A stretch of DNA of 64,000 nucleotides from Bigelowiella natans CCMP2755 (lineage: Eukaryota; Protista; Cercozoa). Numbering within the stretch: the stretch's first letter is position 1; the number at the start of each line of letters is the position of its first letter. The position numbers and the translations under genes are program-made. Below the pieces are notes generated by a model, which did not search any database, had not been told where the DNA came from, and saw nothing but the letters and a program-made list of their open reading frames with translations. The stretch is from NCBI GenBank assembly GCA_000320545.1, contig ADNK01003454.1, positions 11,072-75,071 on the forward strand, read 5' to 3'. Shown one piece after another: positions 13,415-27,070 of the stretch.

Positions 13415-15342
13415 TTTATATACTTGTGGGTATATCAAATTGAGTATCATCATGATATCGACTACAGAATTCGTAATACATATTATGAGTATAATGATGT
13501 TGGTAATTATAGCTGTAAAAAATTAACACTCTGGATGGATTTGATGCTAATAATAGCTGCAAATGATCAACCCTCTGGAATTATATTATGAGTATAATGA
13601 TATGCTGATGCTGATAATAATAGCTGCAAACCATTAACCCACTGGATTTGATTGCAATTGTTGGAAGCTTCGTTGCTGGGTAGGTGCTCTATGGTCAAAT
13701 CAACCTTTATGCAGCATGAATGAGAAGGAGGAGAGCTGACACACACACAACACACAATACACACACGTACTGTATTCTTTAAGTGTCATTATTGTTTTTA
13801 GAAATATAATTCTACGCACCCGAAGAAGGGTCAAACCTTTAACGAGAAATTCATCGCTTTATCTCAATTCATCTGCTGTTTTTTTTTAATAGTAAACAAG
13901 ATGTTTTTTATTAGTAAACAAGTTCTTATTTTGCTACTTATTCTTATTGTTATATATCTCTATTCTTCTTTTTTCTTTATTGCCATCTTTTCCTATTATA
14001 ATCAGAGCAATAGTAGTGAATGTAATTGTATCCAAAATACACTTTTACATATACTGGCTCAACAAAAAGGATGACCAACCACCCAAAATTAATGAAGATA
14101 CTGCAAGGTAGTAATAGAAGTATTACTGCTACTACTTTGTAGTGGTAGTAGTTGTTGTTGTTGTTGTTGCAGTAGTACCGTAAGACGAAGAGGCAGCTGC
14201 ACTGTGTAATCATATGATAGACCCTGCTCTCCTTTAATTTTTGTGTATTGCTCTCTCGCATCATCACAGACTATAATTATCATAAAAAAACACAAAGACA
14301 GAGTCTCTCGCATCATGACAGACTATAATTATCATAATAAGGATGTTTATAAGGATGGGGGGGATAAAATGATAATTCTCATGGCCATCGTATATGTAGA
14401 GAGTATAGGGTGAGCATGTGTTTTATCCCCATAGCTTATGTAAAGAGCAGTATGGGGTATGTATACTCGCCTCTAAGGTGGATTATACTTACTTTCGTTA
14501 TTCGGAACAACTTCATCATCAGCTTCCTTAAATCGTGCAAAAGAAAAGACCTGAGCGAAGGTCGTAGCAAGCTGTTGATCCTCTTTACTAACCTGCTGTT
14601 AATCGAGCCTGTAATTGTAGCTTCTTTAATTTCATGGTTTGTAAATGAGACTGCTTGATTTAGGGGGTGGGGGGGAAGGAGTTGTTTCAACAATAATTTC
14701 CTTTGTCCCCATCATTTACATTGTTCTGCCATTATGCATACAGTAATACATATCATCCTAACATTGGTGATCATCATAATCTCTCAGTCGAAAATGAACT
14801 TCTTTATGCACTAACGGTATGCTTCAAATCCATCTTACTGATATCATCATCAGCAGTAGCGTGGCAGTATATTATAATAAAAGATAAAATAAATCCTATG
14901 AAAATGATGTGACTAAATTTTAGTCTACTGTGACTTATTATACAAAATACAGTAAAGTATAGAATTGAAATAAGACTTATTATACATAAATAATACTTCA
15001 GTATAGAAGCGGACTAATACTCTAAGAATATAAGCATAATCTATTGAGTTTTCAGTCGTACACACAATATCATCGATTTGCTATTTTGAGGAAAAGAATC
15101 AGGGATGTTTTGCAGACATCTCTCTCGTATTGTTTGCTTTTTTATATTTATTTTGTTTAATGTTGTTTAATGTAGTTTGGTGGGCTCATTAAATTTGGAG
15201 TCCAAACGAAGCATATCGTCAAATATTTTACCCAAAAACACAAAGACAGAGATTCTTCAATGTTTGAAGAAATATTTGGTAAACTATATGTCGCTTTTAT
15301 TTGGAATGTTTTCCTCATTTTGCTTGTTGTGTATGCGTAATA

Positions 15343-15395
<53 letters not shown>

Positions 15396-15539
15396 TTTTT
15401 GTACATATATGCACGGATTTTTTGTTTTGTTAAAATGCAGGAAGTGTTAAGGAATACACAGCAAAGCAACGCGTTGCAATGTTCCTTAAGTAAGGATGAC
15501 TTCATGATGCAGTATATGACTGAGAGAGAGAAGGAGAGA

Positions 15540-15588
<49 letters not shown>

Positions 15589-16344
15589 AGCAAGCTATTA
15601 GAACTATTTTTGGCGTCACTCATGAGAGTTGTCAATTTGTAGACACAAGGACAGGGCATTCATGGAAGTGAAAACAGCGGCATCAACGACATCGTCGTCT
15701 ATTCCAAAGGCAGATATCTTACTAAAGCCTGGTCATAGCACCAACCGATTAGTAACACAAGGGGGGGCGATTAGGATTCGAAGACATTTCATAAATGGTA
15801 ATGGTAAAGGAGGAAAATCATCAGGCAGCGCAGATAATGGCGAGGATCGATTTTCAAGTGATAATAACAACAGAGATTCTTCTACTGTATCTGCTACTAT
15901 AACTACTGAAATTGAAGATGATACAAGGTCATCTAACATAAATATTTCAGTTTCTTATTTATTTGTATTTGAATGAAGGTAGCGACGACATTAAATGTGT
16001 TGCAAGTATATAAGTGCGTATAGATTCCTTTTGTCTATAAGCATCATATCTTCTTGATCATTCAATCTATATACTGCAGGATGAATGAGCAAAATCTCAA
16101 CATCATTTCGTCATTGATTGCGTACGAGTTGTTTGCTTTCATTGGACAAATGAGAAATGCAATTCAAAATCATCTTCCAGATGCAGCAAGACGAAGAGGG
16201 CTTGAACAAGTACGTAATATGATGTGTAACACAATAACTTGCATAAGGATTTTATGATGTTGCATATCAAAAATGCAGCTAAACGAAAAAACAATCGATG
16301 TTACAGTTATAGTGTTGATATTGAGGGCGTGGCGTGTCTTTTGA
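10305..16344 (+). CDS. Large multi-exon membrane protein with LamG-like and NPCBM/NEW2-like carbohydrate-binding motifs (tentative)
   Basis: Phase-compatible GT-AG exon chain: MAASVSSKCY..., TM GALWFIIFVFGLFVYLVVNVLIFF, FDGTTTGISIEL...NFSAFLR, YHSSASFRWPGEGRKLIARMGVDAIE, second TM region 14474-14640. Some junctions (about 12.3-13.9 kb and 15.5 kb) are unresolved. Confidence 0.5.
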
Positions 16345-16399
16345 TTAATAACTTAGGAACTAGTTAACTCAGTTTCACCCTTAAAATAATTTCAAGATT

Positions 16400-17100
16400 A
16401 AATCATGCTGCGCTGCAATTTACGTTATCATCTGATTCGAATGACTTGTGCATATACATATGTAGCACCACGCAACATGATATCTAATTGTCAGTCTATT
16501 TGCATCATCAAGCACACATCATTCAATTGTGACCACTTTGTAACTACAAACAACTGCATGACTGACGTTAAAATAGATAACAGTTGTCTGTCTATGTCCA
16601 TGGCATGACATTATTAAAATCAATGTTGCATTGAAATCACTGTGAAATCTAGAAATCTAGAAGTGCAGTGGATCTGCGCACATGCAAGACAGCTAGACAG
16701 CAAGGCAGGTCATTTAATCGGCTGCTATGATCTTGGGCTGCTGTCCGCACTAGTGTAGTCTACATGCTAGCATGGCCTGCATCTAGGCATGCTCATGCTG
16801 TGCTAATGATAGTCATCATGCATGCTAGCATGCATCTGCCCTGAGTGGCATCGTGTGGTGGATAGGTTGCATCGAGGTAATGGGAGTTTTCAAGTTTGTC
16901 GCTTGAACATTGTTCATCATTTGATCCACGCATATGCACTGCTCTAGCAGTCCTTTTGCTAGCTTGTTCGAGGCATTTCACACGTTGTCCTAGAAATGCA
17001 TGTAGCACGAAAGGCGCACATACATTCCTAGGTTCTCGTTGCTCAAAGTCTGTTAGTTTGGCTATTGCGCTGGGAAGCTAGGAAGGTCGTCTAGCTAGAG
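16400..17100. other. Partially TpA-depleted, CATG/TGCA/CTAG-rich spacer between probably convergent genes
   Basis: Dense catg/tgca/ctag; most remaining TA is in TAG/CTA context. Confidence 0.7.
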
Positions 17101-17128
17101 AGAGAGGTGTGCACAACCAAAGACACAT

Positions 17129-17170
<42 letters not shown>

Positions 17171-17193
17171 CTCTTTCTATTGTGTATGTTTGT

Positions 17194-17236
<43 letters not shown>

Positions 17237-17299
17237 CGTGTGTGTTGATAGTCTTGTAGTCGCTTCACGTTGACGGCCTGCAAGTGCTGCGAAATATAT

Positions 17300-17671
17300 G
17301 GTATGATTATTAGTATTTACAGTACTAACTGTCATATCCAACACCAAGCACTTGATGTCTATCTATTTGTCATCACACTATCACAACTTAGCATGAATCT
17401 GTCATTACACTATCACAATTTAGGATGAATTAAAGCAGCGCTTGATGTCTGTCATCACACTACTACAATTATTATCTATGACCTTAGCATGGTGAGGACC
17501 TCCCTTCCATCAACATGATTTTCATTGCACAGAAATGCATTTATTTGCATTATATCCCTTTGGTTCTTCAGGTTTGCTAATCTCCACCTAGATGATGATG
17601 ATAATGATGATGATGATGATGATGGTGCTGCTGATGATGATGATGTACACAGAGATGATATATGCTAGTGA

Positions 17672-17706
<35 letters not shown>

Positions 17707-17889
17707 GCAGCAACAGCCGCAGCGATTATGTTTAATGTAGCATAGTTGTAATGTAGTCATTGATATCTACTTAGTTTGATAATTATCTTTTGATTCTGCC
17801 TTTTCATTATTAGCACTCCTGCTACGATGAGTGCGTTTTACAGGCAATCAACTTCCTCGTCATCATCATCATCATCGTCGGCAGCAGCA

Positions 17890-17921
<32 letters not shown>

Positions 17922-18845
17922 TTACCTGTACTGTTGTACGGAGGGACAACGTTGCGTGATAGTAGGAGGGAGAAAGTCATCAGCAGATGAACAGCATGAG
18001 CCAACAGCACCAGCAGTACTTACAGCATAATGCTGCTGCTGATGCTGATGATAAACACCAGGAAATATCCAGAGACCAAAGATCTGTAGTAGTAGTAGTA
18101 GCAGCAGTAGTAGTAGTAGTGGTACATTTAAACAGCATTTTATTTCAAAGATTGATGATGCATGCACATGTGGGAAGTGATGTTTGTGTTGTGTATTGTG
18201 CTCTTATTGTCTTCGTGTGTGTGCGTTTCTTCTTTTAAAAGCAGCAGCAGCAGCAGCAGCAGCAGCATCACAGTGCATTTGGTCAGTTTAAGAGAGTAGG
18301 AATTAAGATGATGACATCTATCGTCTGTTTCTTGTTGGATCCTTGTGTTTCCGCTTTAGAGATGGTGATATTTGGATTGTAGCAAGTAGTAGCCATTATT
18401 CCAAAGCAATCCAGATGATGATGATGATGATGTTGTCTACATTGATATTATCATAAAACCAAAGAGTAGTATCATATTAACCACCAGCAGTTCCATTCAA
18501 AGCAGCAGCACTTGTTGTGTGCATGTTTGATCATCATCGTTTGCATGATAACATTTAACAGCTTTCCACCAGAAACAACAACTCAACAACATCTACACAC
18601 GTACTACAATGACGTCGGTTAGAAGTATTATCGTCTTTATGCAAGGTGATGGTGATGATGATGATGATGACGATGATGATTATGGTGTACCAAGAATAGA
18701 CAAATATAGTCAGAGGTGATATGATGATGTTTTCATCTCTCTATATAGTAGCATCTACAACTATGTTGCCTTCTTCAGGATTTGTTAAGGATCTATACTT
18801 AATCTACACATAATAAACTGAGACTACATCATCTAGAAGCTGCTC

Positions 18846-18884
<39 letters not shown>

Positions 18885-20021
18885 GGGGGGGGGGGGGAGC
18901 GATTGAGTCTGACCATCATCATCATCTCAAATAATGTTCTACCTCTACTACTACTTCTACCACATCTACTACTACTAGTAGTAAGTGGTAGTAGTACGCG
19001 GTGCTGTCATTTCCCTCCTCCTCCCCACTCTAATGTATGTGCTACTCCTCGGTGTCTTTCTAATCTTCCTACTACTACTATTACTACTACTACTCACTTG
19101 GATGATGTTGGTGAAGAAGACATTCTACTATACCATACCACTAATACTACAACAACAACTCACTTGGATGTTGGTGACATTCTCTGAAGAAAGTCTTGAA
19201 TCTTGCTTCTTGCTGCCACTTGATCTAACACTTCTCCACGGCCATGGACGTATTCAGCAAACCATATCGAGTATGCCCTTGGGTATACATAATATATTTA
19301 TATATACATATATATATATATATTTATGTATATATATATACTTACTAGGACTGCATCATCGTGAGTGTGGGATGCATACAAAGGTTATCATATAAAAGGA
19401 CGAATATATATTATTCCAAGATGTGATCAGGCTCTTTATGCTTTATCTGAAGCTAGACAACAACAATGATGGCACTGCCGCTCACATTGGATCGAATCCT
19501 GGGAAGAAAGAAGGAGAAGAAGTAGGAGGAAATACCACCCTCCTCCCCCCAGTGGCTGAAGAATATGAATAATGCTTTTCAACAGGAAGTAGTATCTGAT
19601 TGGGGGACGACGAGGAGGAGGAGGAGGAGGAGGAGGAGGAGAACACAATACCACCCCGCCAAAAGGTATTGATAAAGTATTTTCTTCTCAACTCCGGCCG
19701 AACACTCAAATAGAAGTTTGCCAACGCTAGCAAAGACATGGCCGATTTGTTCTCCAAATGTAAGCTTGCCCATTTTCCTATTGAATGATGATGATCATAT
19801 GCCACTTTCCATCATCTTCAAAGATCTAACTATTGCAGTTTGGGAAGGGGATCATAACCACAATAAATGTGCGGTGTATTATAGTATTACGATGACGATG
19901 GATTCTTGCAAACTCGTCCAGATCTAGCTGCCCGCTGCTCGCCGCGGCACTTGAAACCGCTAATCTCTTGTCACTTCGTAATGAACACGCACACACACAC
20001 ACACACACACATATACACAGA

Positions 20022-20100
<79 letters not shown>

Positions 20101-20391
20101 TAATTCCACACCCTTTCTCACATTAACATACACATGCACACCACGCTACTTTTACCGCTCTTGAATTGGTATAAATGCTGTCGTCAGTGTATTGGAACAG
20201 CTTGCAGTAGGATAAATAACTTTATCTGCTTCAATAAAGCCGATGTACAGAAATGCGATGATCATCATCAGCCATATCGCCCCCCGCAGTGCTACGACTA
20301 CTCCTCCATTAGGTAGAATTGAATCCAAGACCCAGGTGCACACAGAAATGCTATTCCTCTGTCTTCCTCTTCTTACTTTTATTCTCAACAT
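17300..20391 (-). CDS. Putative multi-exon type II membrane protein, unknown function
   Basis: ATG 20391, MLRIKVRRGRQ...AIWLMMIIAFLYIGFI...QER|DKRLAVSS...FARIHRH|RKWASLHLENK... with compatible phases. Downstream exons and 3' end are uncertain. Confidence 0.3.
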
Positions 20392-20689
20392 TTAATTTTC
20401 AGCTACACTTTGTGTTAGTGAAGGAGATATTTCTCCAAGTTCCCTCCACATCCTCTTCCCTCCCCCTCCTCCTGCTCAGGACTAATCAAATCAGTAGTGG
20501 GTTTTGAGACTGATCAATAAAGGCTCCCTTTATATTCAAACGACAATATTTTCGCATTGTCGCACCATATAGACATCTTCTTTTCATGCTTCTAGTGCTC
20601 ACGTACATCCTTTGTTGTCGCAGTATGTAAATTCGATGTGTTTTGTATAGTGCGACATCGGATTATCATCTTCAAAGTCTAGAAAGTAG

Positions 20690-22010
20690 CAATATATTCA
20701 TCATTGCTGATTTGCTCTCGGAACGGAACGTCACGACGGAATCACCGGCACAGAGAAAGATCGAGGAAGAACAAGAGGAGGAGGAGGAGGAGGAGGAGAA
20801 GGAGGAGAAGGAGGATAAACAGCACATGATGATGGGGGGTAATTTGGAGAATGATGTGATAAAAAGCACAAAAAGAAATTTGGAGAGATTGAAATTGGTA
20901 TTCCTCTCTCCCCCCTCTCCTCCCCCTCTATGGGTGTGTGCGTCTGTGCGTTTGTATGTGCGTCTGTGTGTGTGCGTTTGTGACTGTGTGGCTGTGTTCC
21001 AGTTGCTTAATCATAGTCAAATCTTATTTTAATTCGTAGAAAGTAGTAACATCTTTATGGAAGGCCCTTCTCATAGATTTCACGGCGACGGCAAGGTAAG
21101 AACAGCGTTAAGAAGTTATAATAACATTTGAGCTAACCTACTGATAACTGCAATGAAATAGTATTCAGGTGATGGGGGAGAAGACCTTGAGAAACTATGG
21201 AAGGCCTTTGCGTGGAAGGAAATACGCGGCTGTCCGGGACGTTTTATTTCACGAAACAGACGAATACGGTCTCTCGCCCCACGTGCTATTCTTGCGGAGG
21301 CCAGTTGTGGCCATGACGTGGCGGAAAATAAAACCTGCGTAGCACGTAATAAAGATATTAACGGCAGAAATCTTAGTAGTGTAGGCCCAGTCGTACCTTT
21401 TTGAGTATGCGCTTGAGTTACTGTTATTAAATTTAGCCTCCGACTTTGTTTTCTCATTCAGAGTCATCATCATCGACATTGGCGCCTTCTCCTCCTCCTT
21501 TGACGTTCTTCTTCAACAGCATGCGCAAGCAAGGGAGGGATCCTATGGATATAGTTCTGTTTGAAACGGGTGGCGGACTAATTACGTACCGAAAACATAT
21601 AGCTGGGGCTCCTGAAATAGCGACTGTCGAGCCCGAGGTTGTACCTTTGTATTAATACTTTTCCCATAGTCACTCACCTATGCAATCAATTTATTGTTTT
21701 CTTTTTAAAAATAAGAGAATTTTGCAATTTAAAAAAATGTTTTGAGGCCTGAGAGAGTAAAAAATTGCCGGATAAGCAGCAGGGCAAGGAACTACTATTC
21801 GTGCACACTCTAAACACTGAGTCAGGCATGATTCGGAAGCTTCTCGATTTGGGAATGGAAAAAGAAACTTTGATGGTGGCATTCTCCAGGAGTACTCTTA
21901 TGAGGCAAAGAGTCTTTCCGCTAACAATTATTTTGGCTTTCTTGGAATCTTCGGAAAGATCACGAACGGCTGCACGAGTCGTTACTTCGATGTATTCTGC
22001 ATTTATGTGA
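20690..22010 (+). CDS. Conserved uncharacterised protein (W..I.GCPGRF / GGGLITY / VHTLNT.SG..RKL..LG motifs)
   Basis: Exons near 21168-21340 (WKEIRGCPGRFISR), 21520-21637 (MDIVLFETGGGLITYRKH) and 21780-22010 (LFVHTLNTESGMIRKLLDLGM). Resemblance to a small bacterial/protist hypothetical family is from memory. 5' structure unresolved. Confidence 0.6.
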
Positions 22011-22049
22011 ATTGAAAAGAATTTTTATGTCTGCCTTCAAATAATTCAA

Positions 22050-23700
22050 TACAAGACTATGGTAGATCAACATCTGCCATTGTTCTTGTAAAATCTGCGA
22101 GCTGTGCGTAAAAAGCAGTGCGAATGCGTGCATTTGTTGTGTTTAGCTCAATTTTGTTGCGCCGGTACATGCACATGTCCACAAACCTAGAGACGCAATA
22201 GCATGCTATTATAGACATGTAATACGATATATATAATATATATCATATTACTGATTATTGCTAGCATGTACATGACAATTTTATAGGGACTTGTGAGTTC
22301 ACATACGTGTCTAGGTGTACACGGGTATGAACACATGTTCATTGTCGTTCTTCATGTGCACTAAAAAAGCACGTGTACTGATACATATGTGTTCATGTGC
22401 ACGCTGTATTGTGCTGCACGTGAGGTCATAGGTACATGTGAAATGGTTGATGCACATGTCACAGACAACATACACGCATGCGGGGACTCATGATCGAGTC
22501 CACACATTTTACAATTTTGCTGGGCTAGGCATGTTGCATAATGTTGTTTAGTTTGTAATGCTCTTGCATGCATGAACATCACTGCGCGCGCAAGCTGCTC
22601 GAGGCATGTCTCGATTGCATGTGGATGATGAGAGTGAGGCATGTGTCTCTCATGCGCATGTTCGCGTAAACACACGTCTAGACGTGCACTGTGCAATGGT
22701 CCAATGTGCACATGGTGTTTCATTTCTGCACACTAGCACACACACACCAAACAATTGCTACACTCGCTTGGATCGAGACAGTGCATCGTCGCAGTTCGCT
22801 TCGCCAGTTCGTAGCATGCACGCATCTCTGCTCATGCGACGCACTGTTTCGATCCAATGCGAATGCAATTGCAGACACAGTGACAGCATGCATGTCATGT
22901 GCATGACATCACATGTCCATTGTCGCAGTCGAACCCAGCAGAAACGCATGGAAGTGCACCGCACTGTTCCAGTGTTCATTACATCCATGCTCATTTTTGC
23001 AATGCGTTCACATAATAGACACAGTAATATCATATATAGTATATATATGGTATTACATGTCTACAATTGTCTATAATTCACACAGCGCAAGCTACCAAGG
23101 TTTGGGTACCTGCGTGCCTGCTAGCCACAACACATGTGTCTAGATCTAGAGATGTCTACCAGATGTAACAAGCTAGCTAGCACATTCTAGCATTCATTAC
23201 CGTGCATGGAAAAAACAGCATGCAAGTCGTAGCATCACAAAAGCACTTGGACGGCGCATGCAGCTTGCGCGCACTGCAGACTGTGATAACACGCAGAATC
23301 GAAATAGGCATGCCAACATGCTGCAATTTGTGCACACCGCATGCGCATGTTCATGATTGTTCATTTATTTATCCAGCTGTCCTAACTAGATGTGCTTGTG
23401 AGGTCACATCTGCATCACCGCTTTGCACATGACTAGGTGTGTGCAGTTTCCATTGAAACCTAGTATAACGCATCACTAATTACGCCACCGCATTGGCTAC
23501 ACATGTAAAGCTATTATTAAACACGGCTTTGTGATTAATATGCGATTACCGACATTTGTAAGTCATTCTTTATTTATTATTCATTACTGTAGCAGCAATG
23601 AATAAAAAAACAGTTTTACATCAATCCATGCTCATGTTTAGACTGTATGCGTGCAGGTGATGCCCAGTAATGCTTAATAATGATCGATGCAGCTGTCGCC
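22050..23700. other. TpA-depleted spacer between convergent genes (core about 22600-22980)
   Basis: About 5 TpA in 22620-22980, strings of CA/TG (catgcatgtcatgtgcatg), many CTAG in the margins. Confidence 0.8.
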
Positions 23701-23718
23701 TGGAGTCATAATAACCTA

Positions 23719-24904
23719 TTATTTGCACTCTGTTTCAGTGCTCCACCTCTCAATGTTCGTTGCATTCCACTTCTTCATTAGGTAGGAATGCACGGTCCAC
23801 CAATTCTTTACCATTTCAGGGAATTGTTGCTGGTGCATCTTCTGATACTCGCTATTTTCTAAGTCGATCGAATGCTTTAGACCCAAGAACTTTTGGATTC
23901 GCTTCAAAATTTCTTCTTTATCACTGCATAGTGCAGAATAGTGAACATCTAAAACTAGCTCTTCACTAACAAAGTTGAGTAACTTATTGCGAGTATCCGC
24001 CTCCTTTCCAAACCACTTCATGCAGTGGTCCCAGTACTTCGGGTCGATCCACCATTTCTTCTTCTCAGTCCAACCATCTTTTTCTCCCTTTCTATCGTGC
24101 ACATTCATATTTATCAAGTGCCTTTGGTACATATCATAGAGCGAGTAGCACTGACGAAGATAGTTGTCCCTCCGTAGATTGATGACTTTTATGCTATGAT
24201 TATTAAGGTATGCAGCCACTTGAGAGATACGATTTTCAGGAAGTTGATTCACCATCCACTTTAGAGCCACATATTGCTTCGCTGGCATGGGATCCGAACT
24301 GAGTAACTTGTCCAGAATCGATGGGAATTCATCAGAATGCATACTGGTGAGTTGCAGCTGATCATTAGCTTCCCCCTCGTGGAATCGAATAAAGCAGGTC
24401 GACAGCTCGTGAGAGCTTCTGAAACACTCCCCATCATGGAATCTTACATCCGGATGTCCTTCAAATAAATCACTGAGCCAGGTGGATCCACTGCGCTGCA
24501 CAGAAAGGATAATAAAATTCTTCCAATCTTGTTCTTTATTTGCATCTGTTTTTTTCACGGTAAACGTCCCCTTGCTCTCAATTAAACTAATATTTGAATC
24601 GCGGGAGATGTCTATATTGTCCACCCGATCTTTCAGGCCAATCTCTTCTAAAATCGATGAAAATACCTACAATGAAACCAACAATCAAAACGTTGGCGGT
24701 CAATTGCTATCCTCATACCTCGGAAGAAGGGAATTGTGTATTTAGGCCATCTCGGATTGGTACAGCTACAGATTCTGTGTTTTTTGGCGTCTTCTGCAGG
24801 GCCTCAGTAAGCATAGCTAGGGGAACCAGGTATGTCACAAGCATGACAAATTCGGGGGAGGGGCTGGATTGAGTCAACTCCAGTTTCGGATATGACAAGC
24901 CCAA
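23719..24904 (-). CDS. Sulfotransferase (PAPS-dependent, Stf0/Golgi-like), probable N-terminal membrane anchor
   Basis: 301-aa ORF with 5'-PSB loop FIILSVQRSGSTWLSDLFEGHPDV, 3'-PB-like INLRRDNYLRQCYSL and late VHYSAL. In-phase upstream exon with hydrophobic FVMLVTYLVPLAML. True start uncertain. Confidence 0.85.
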
Positions 24905-25149
24905 TCAATTAAAAATATGGAGATTGAGGCCAGTTTTATTGACGTACATAAAATATCCACTTCATTTTCCATTATTTGTGTAATTCATCGGGGATTTGCC
25001 GTCCTTGATATTGAAGTGCAGTATCAATACCGAGGCACACTCTCTCCCAGAAGTTTTGAGGTGTTCGCCACATTACGAGTAGTATTTTCAGCCGAATAAA
25101 TATAATATTCATCCGAAATTTTATAGGCGTATTTAGTATGATGTTCAAT

Positions 25150-25184
<35 letters not shown>

Positions 25185-25289
25185 TTCCCAGCCCCATGAT
25201 GATACCCCTCAGTAATCATACTACCTTATACCCCTCCTTTATCTTGCTTGAACTAGATCTGTTCTATGTTTTCTATCAGCCATTACTAC

Positions 25290-25599
25290 GCTCATTGCAG
25301 CCGCAGCAATGGTGCGTGGGGAGGTGGGACAATTTCCAGATAGTGTTGCGGTCATCGACAGCGGTTCTTACCAGGTTCTGCGCTGAGCCTGATCATGATA
25401 ATCGTGGCGAGAATAACCCTAATCATGATGTATAACGATACTAAAAATCATATGATTGCTCTTTTAAAAGCACATCGTCATGGATTCTGAGCATATGTGG
25501 ATGCTGAAGTTCTACAGCGACGTAATTAGCTGCTGCTGCTGCTGCTACAATTTAGAATAATACTCTGTGTGCTTAGGGATAATAATTAGGAAGAGTGGA

Positions 25600-25646
<47 letters not shown>

Positions 25647-25647
25647 A

Positions 25648-25691
<44 letters not shown>

Positions 25692-26424
25692 GGGGGGGGT
25701 GGGGGATGGAGACGAGAAAGAGAGCAGTCAGGGAACAACCAGAAACCTACAGTCACTACAGGCACTACAGGAACTTGAGTTGTTGCCCTTTCTTTGACTC
25801 TTTATCCGCTGTGTTGTGATGTGCGCTTACTGCCTAATAAATGGTATGAATATCATCACTATCGTTACCACCAGATGTGTGGCAGCTGCGCGGAGTTTCA
25901 GCCTCTCTGGGAGCATCTAACGGGGGAATCCAATCTCGGGAAATCGTTAAAAATTGGTGTTGTACCCATTGATGAGCCGGAGGGCCTTTCACTTGCAAAA
26001 GAGCTTGAGGTGATGACCCATTCATCATCCAGCACGATTAAATAACTTGACATATTACATCTATTGAACGATCAGTTATCCTGTTTCCCTCTAAATTAAA
26101 TGATTAAGGCTCCTATGAAATATCGTTATGTGTGTATAAATCTAGTGGGGATGGAGGTAGCGACGACAGAGTTTTTGCATAGCTTTCGTTTATACACGCA
26201 CGCACTCACGTGGCAACCAAATAACACATTTGCTCATCTATGGACTTTATTTGGAAACATTATGCGTGTGTTTATGTAGATTTTGGAACATGGTCTGCCT
26301 GTCGTTATCCTAGCATCGAATCCATTTGACAGAGAGGACTTTCAAATTCTGTACTTAGTTCTCCCTATGCCTCGCTATATTCTTAAACCATTCCAATATC
26401 AAGCAATGTCCTTGATTCCTCTGA

Positions 26425-26502
<78 letters not shown>

Positions 26503-26770
26503 CATTTGGCACAAATATTAATGTGGATCAGCCGTACTTAAAATTTAATATTTTTCCTGATATTTTCCACATTCTAACCAGGATTTATTATAAGCATCCA
26601 CGATACAATCTAGTAATTTATGTTCGCACATTTTCAGTCACGCTGGTGGGGATAGTGAGACATTGCCGGAGAAATCTGAGCTAGATCGTAGACTTAACGA
26701 TTTGCTTCATGACAACGATTCTCTTCAAAAGGATGAAGAAGGCTTCTACCTTAAAAATAGTCCGATATGA
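25290..26770 (+). CDS. Secreted/ER thioredoxin-fold protein (CGSC motif)
   Basis: Spliced: signal-like LSAITTLIAAAAMVRGE...SGSYQ|HIVMDSEHMWMLKFYSD|MCGSCAEFQPLWEHL...AKELE|ILEHGLPVVIL...FQIL|HAGG...SPI*. Phases are consistent. Confidence 0.8.
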
Positions 26771-27070
26771 GGCATCGAGAATAGACGCATGATCTAGATG
26801 ATGCCTTATGTGCATGTCATAGCACCGATTGGGACGATGGAAGAAAGCTTCACGAACTTAATTTTCTGCATGATCCATGGCATTTCTGAGCAGAAAAAGG
26901 CGCAATGCATTGATCACGTCTAGACGTGTCGCTCACCAATCTCTGTGCAATGCGGCACATCACATGTCCACATGTGGGTGTGTGTTTGCATGTGTGTTCA
27001 TGATTTCATGTGTTTGCATGTGGCGTGTGCATGCAGATGTGCTAGGCAGAACTTGATGATCGACAGCTAG

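Noticed and set aside
21520-22013. Protein-like alternative frame with three in-frame TGA, suggesting UGA=Trp recoding
   Set aside because: The open frame carries the conserved motifs. TGG encodes Trp throughout acnB, and TGA terminates other genes (e.g. 26768, 48974).
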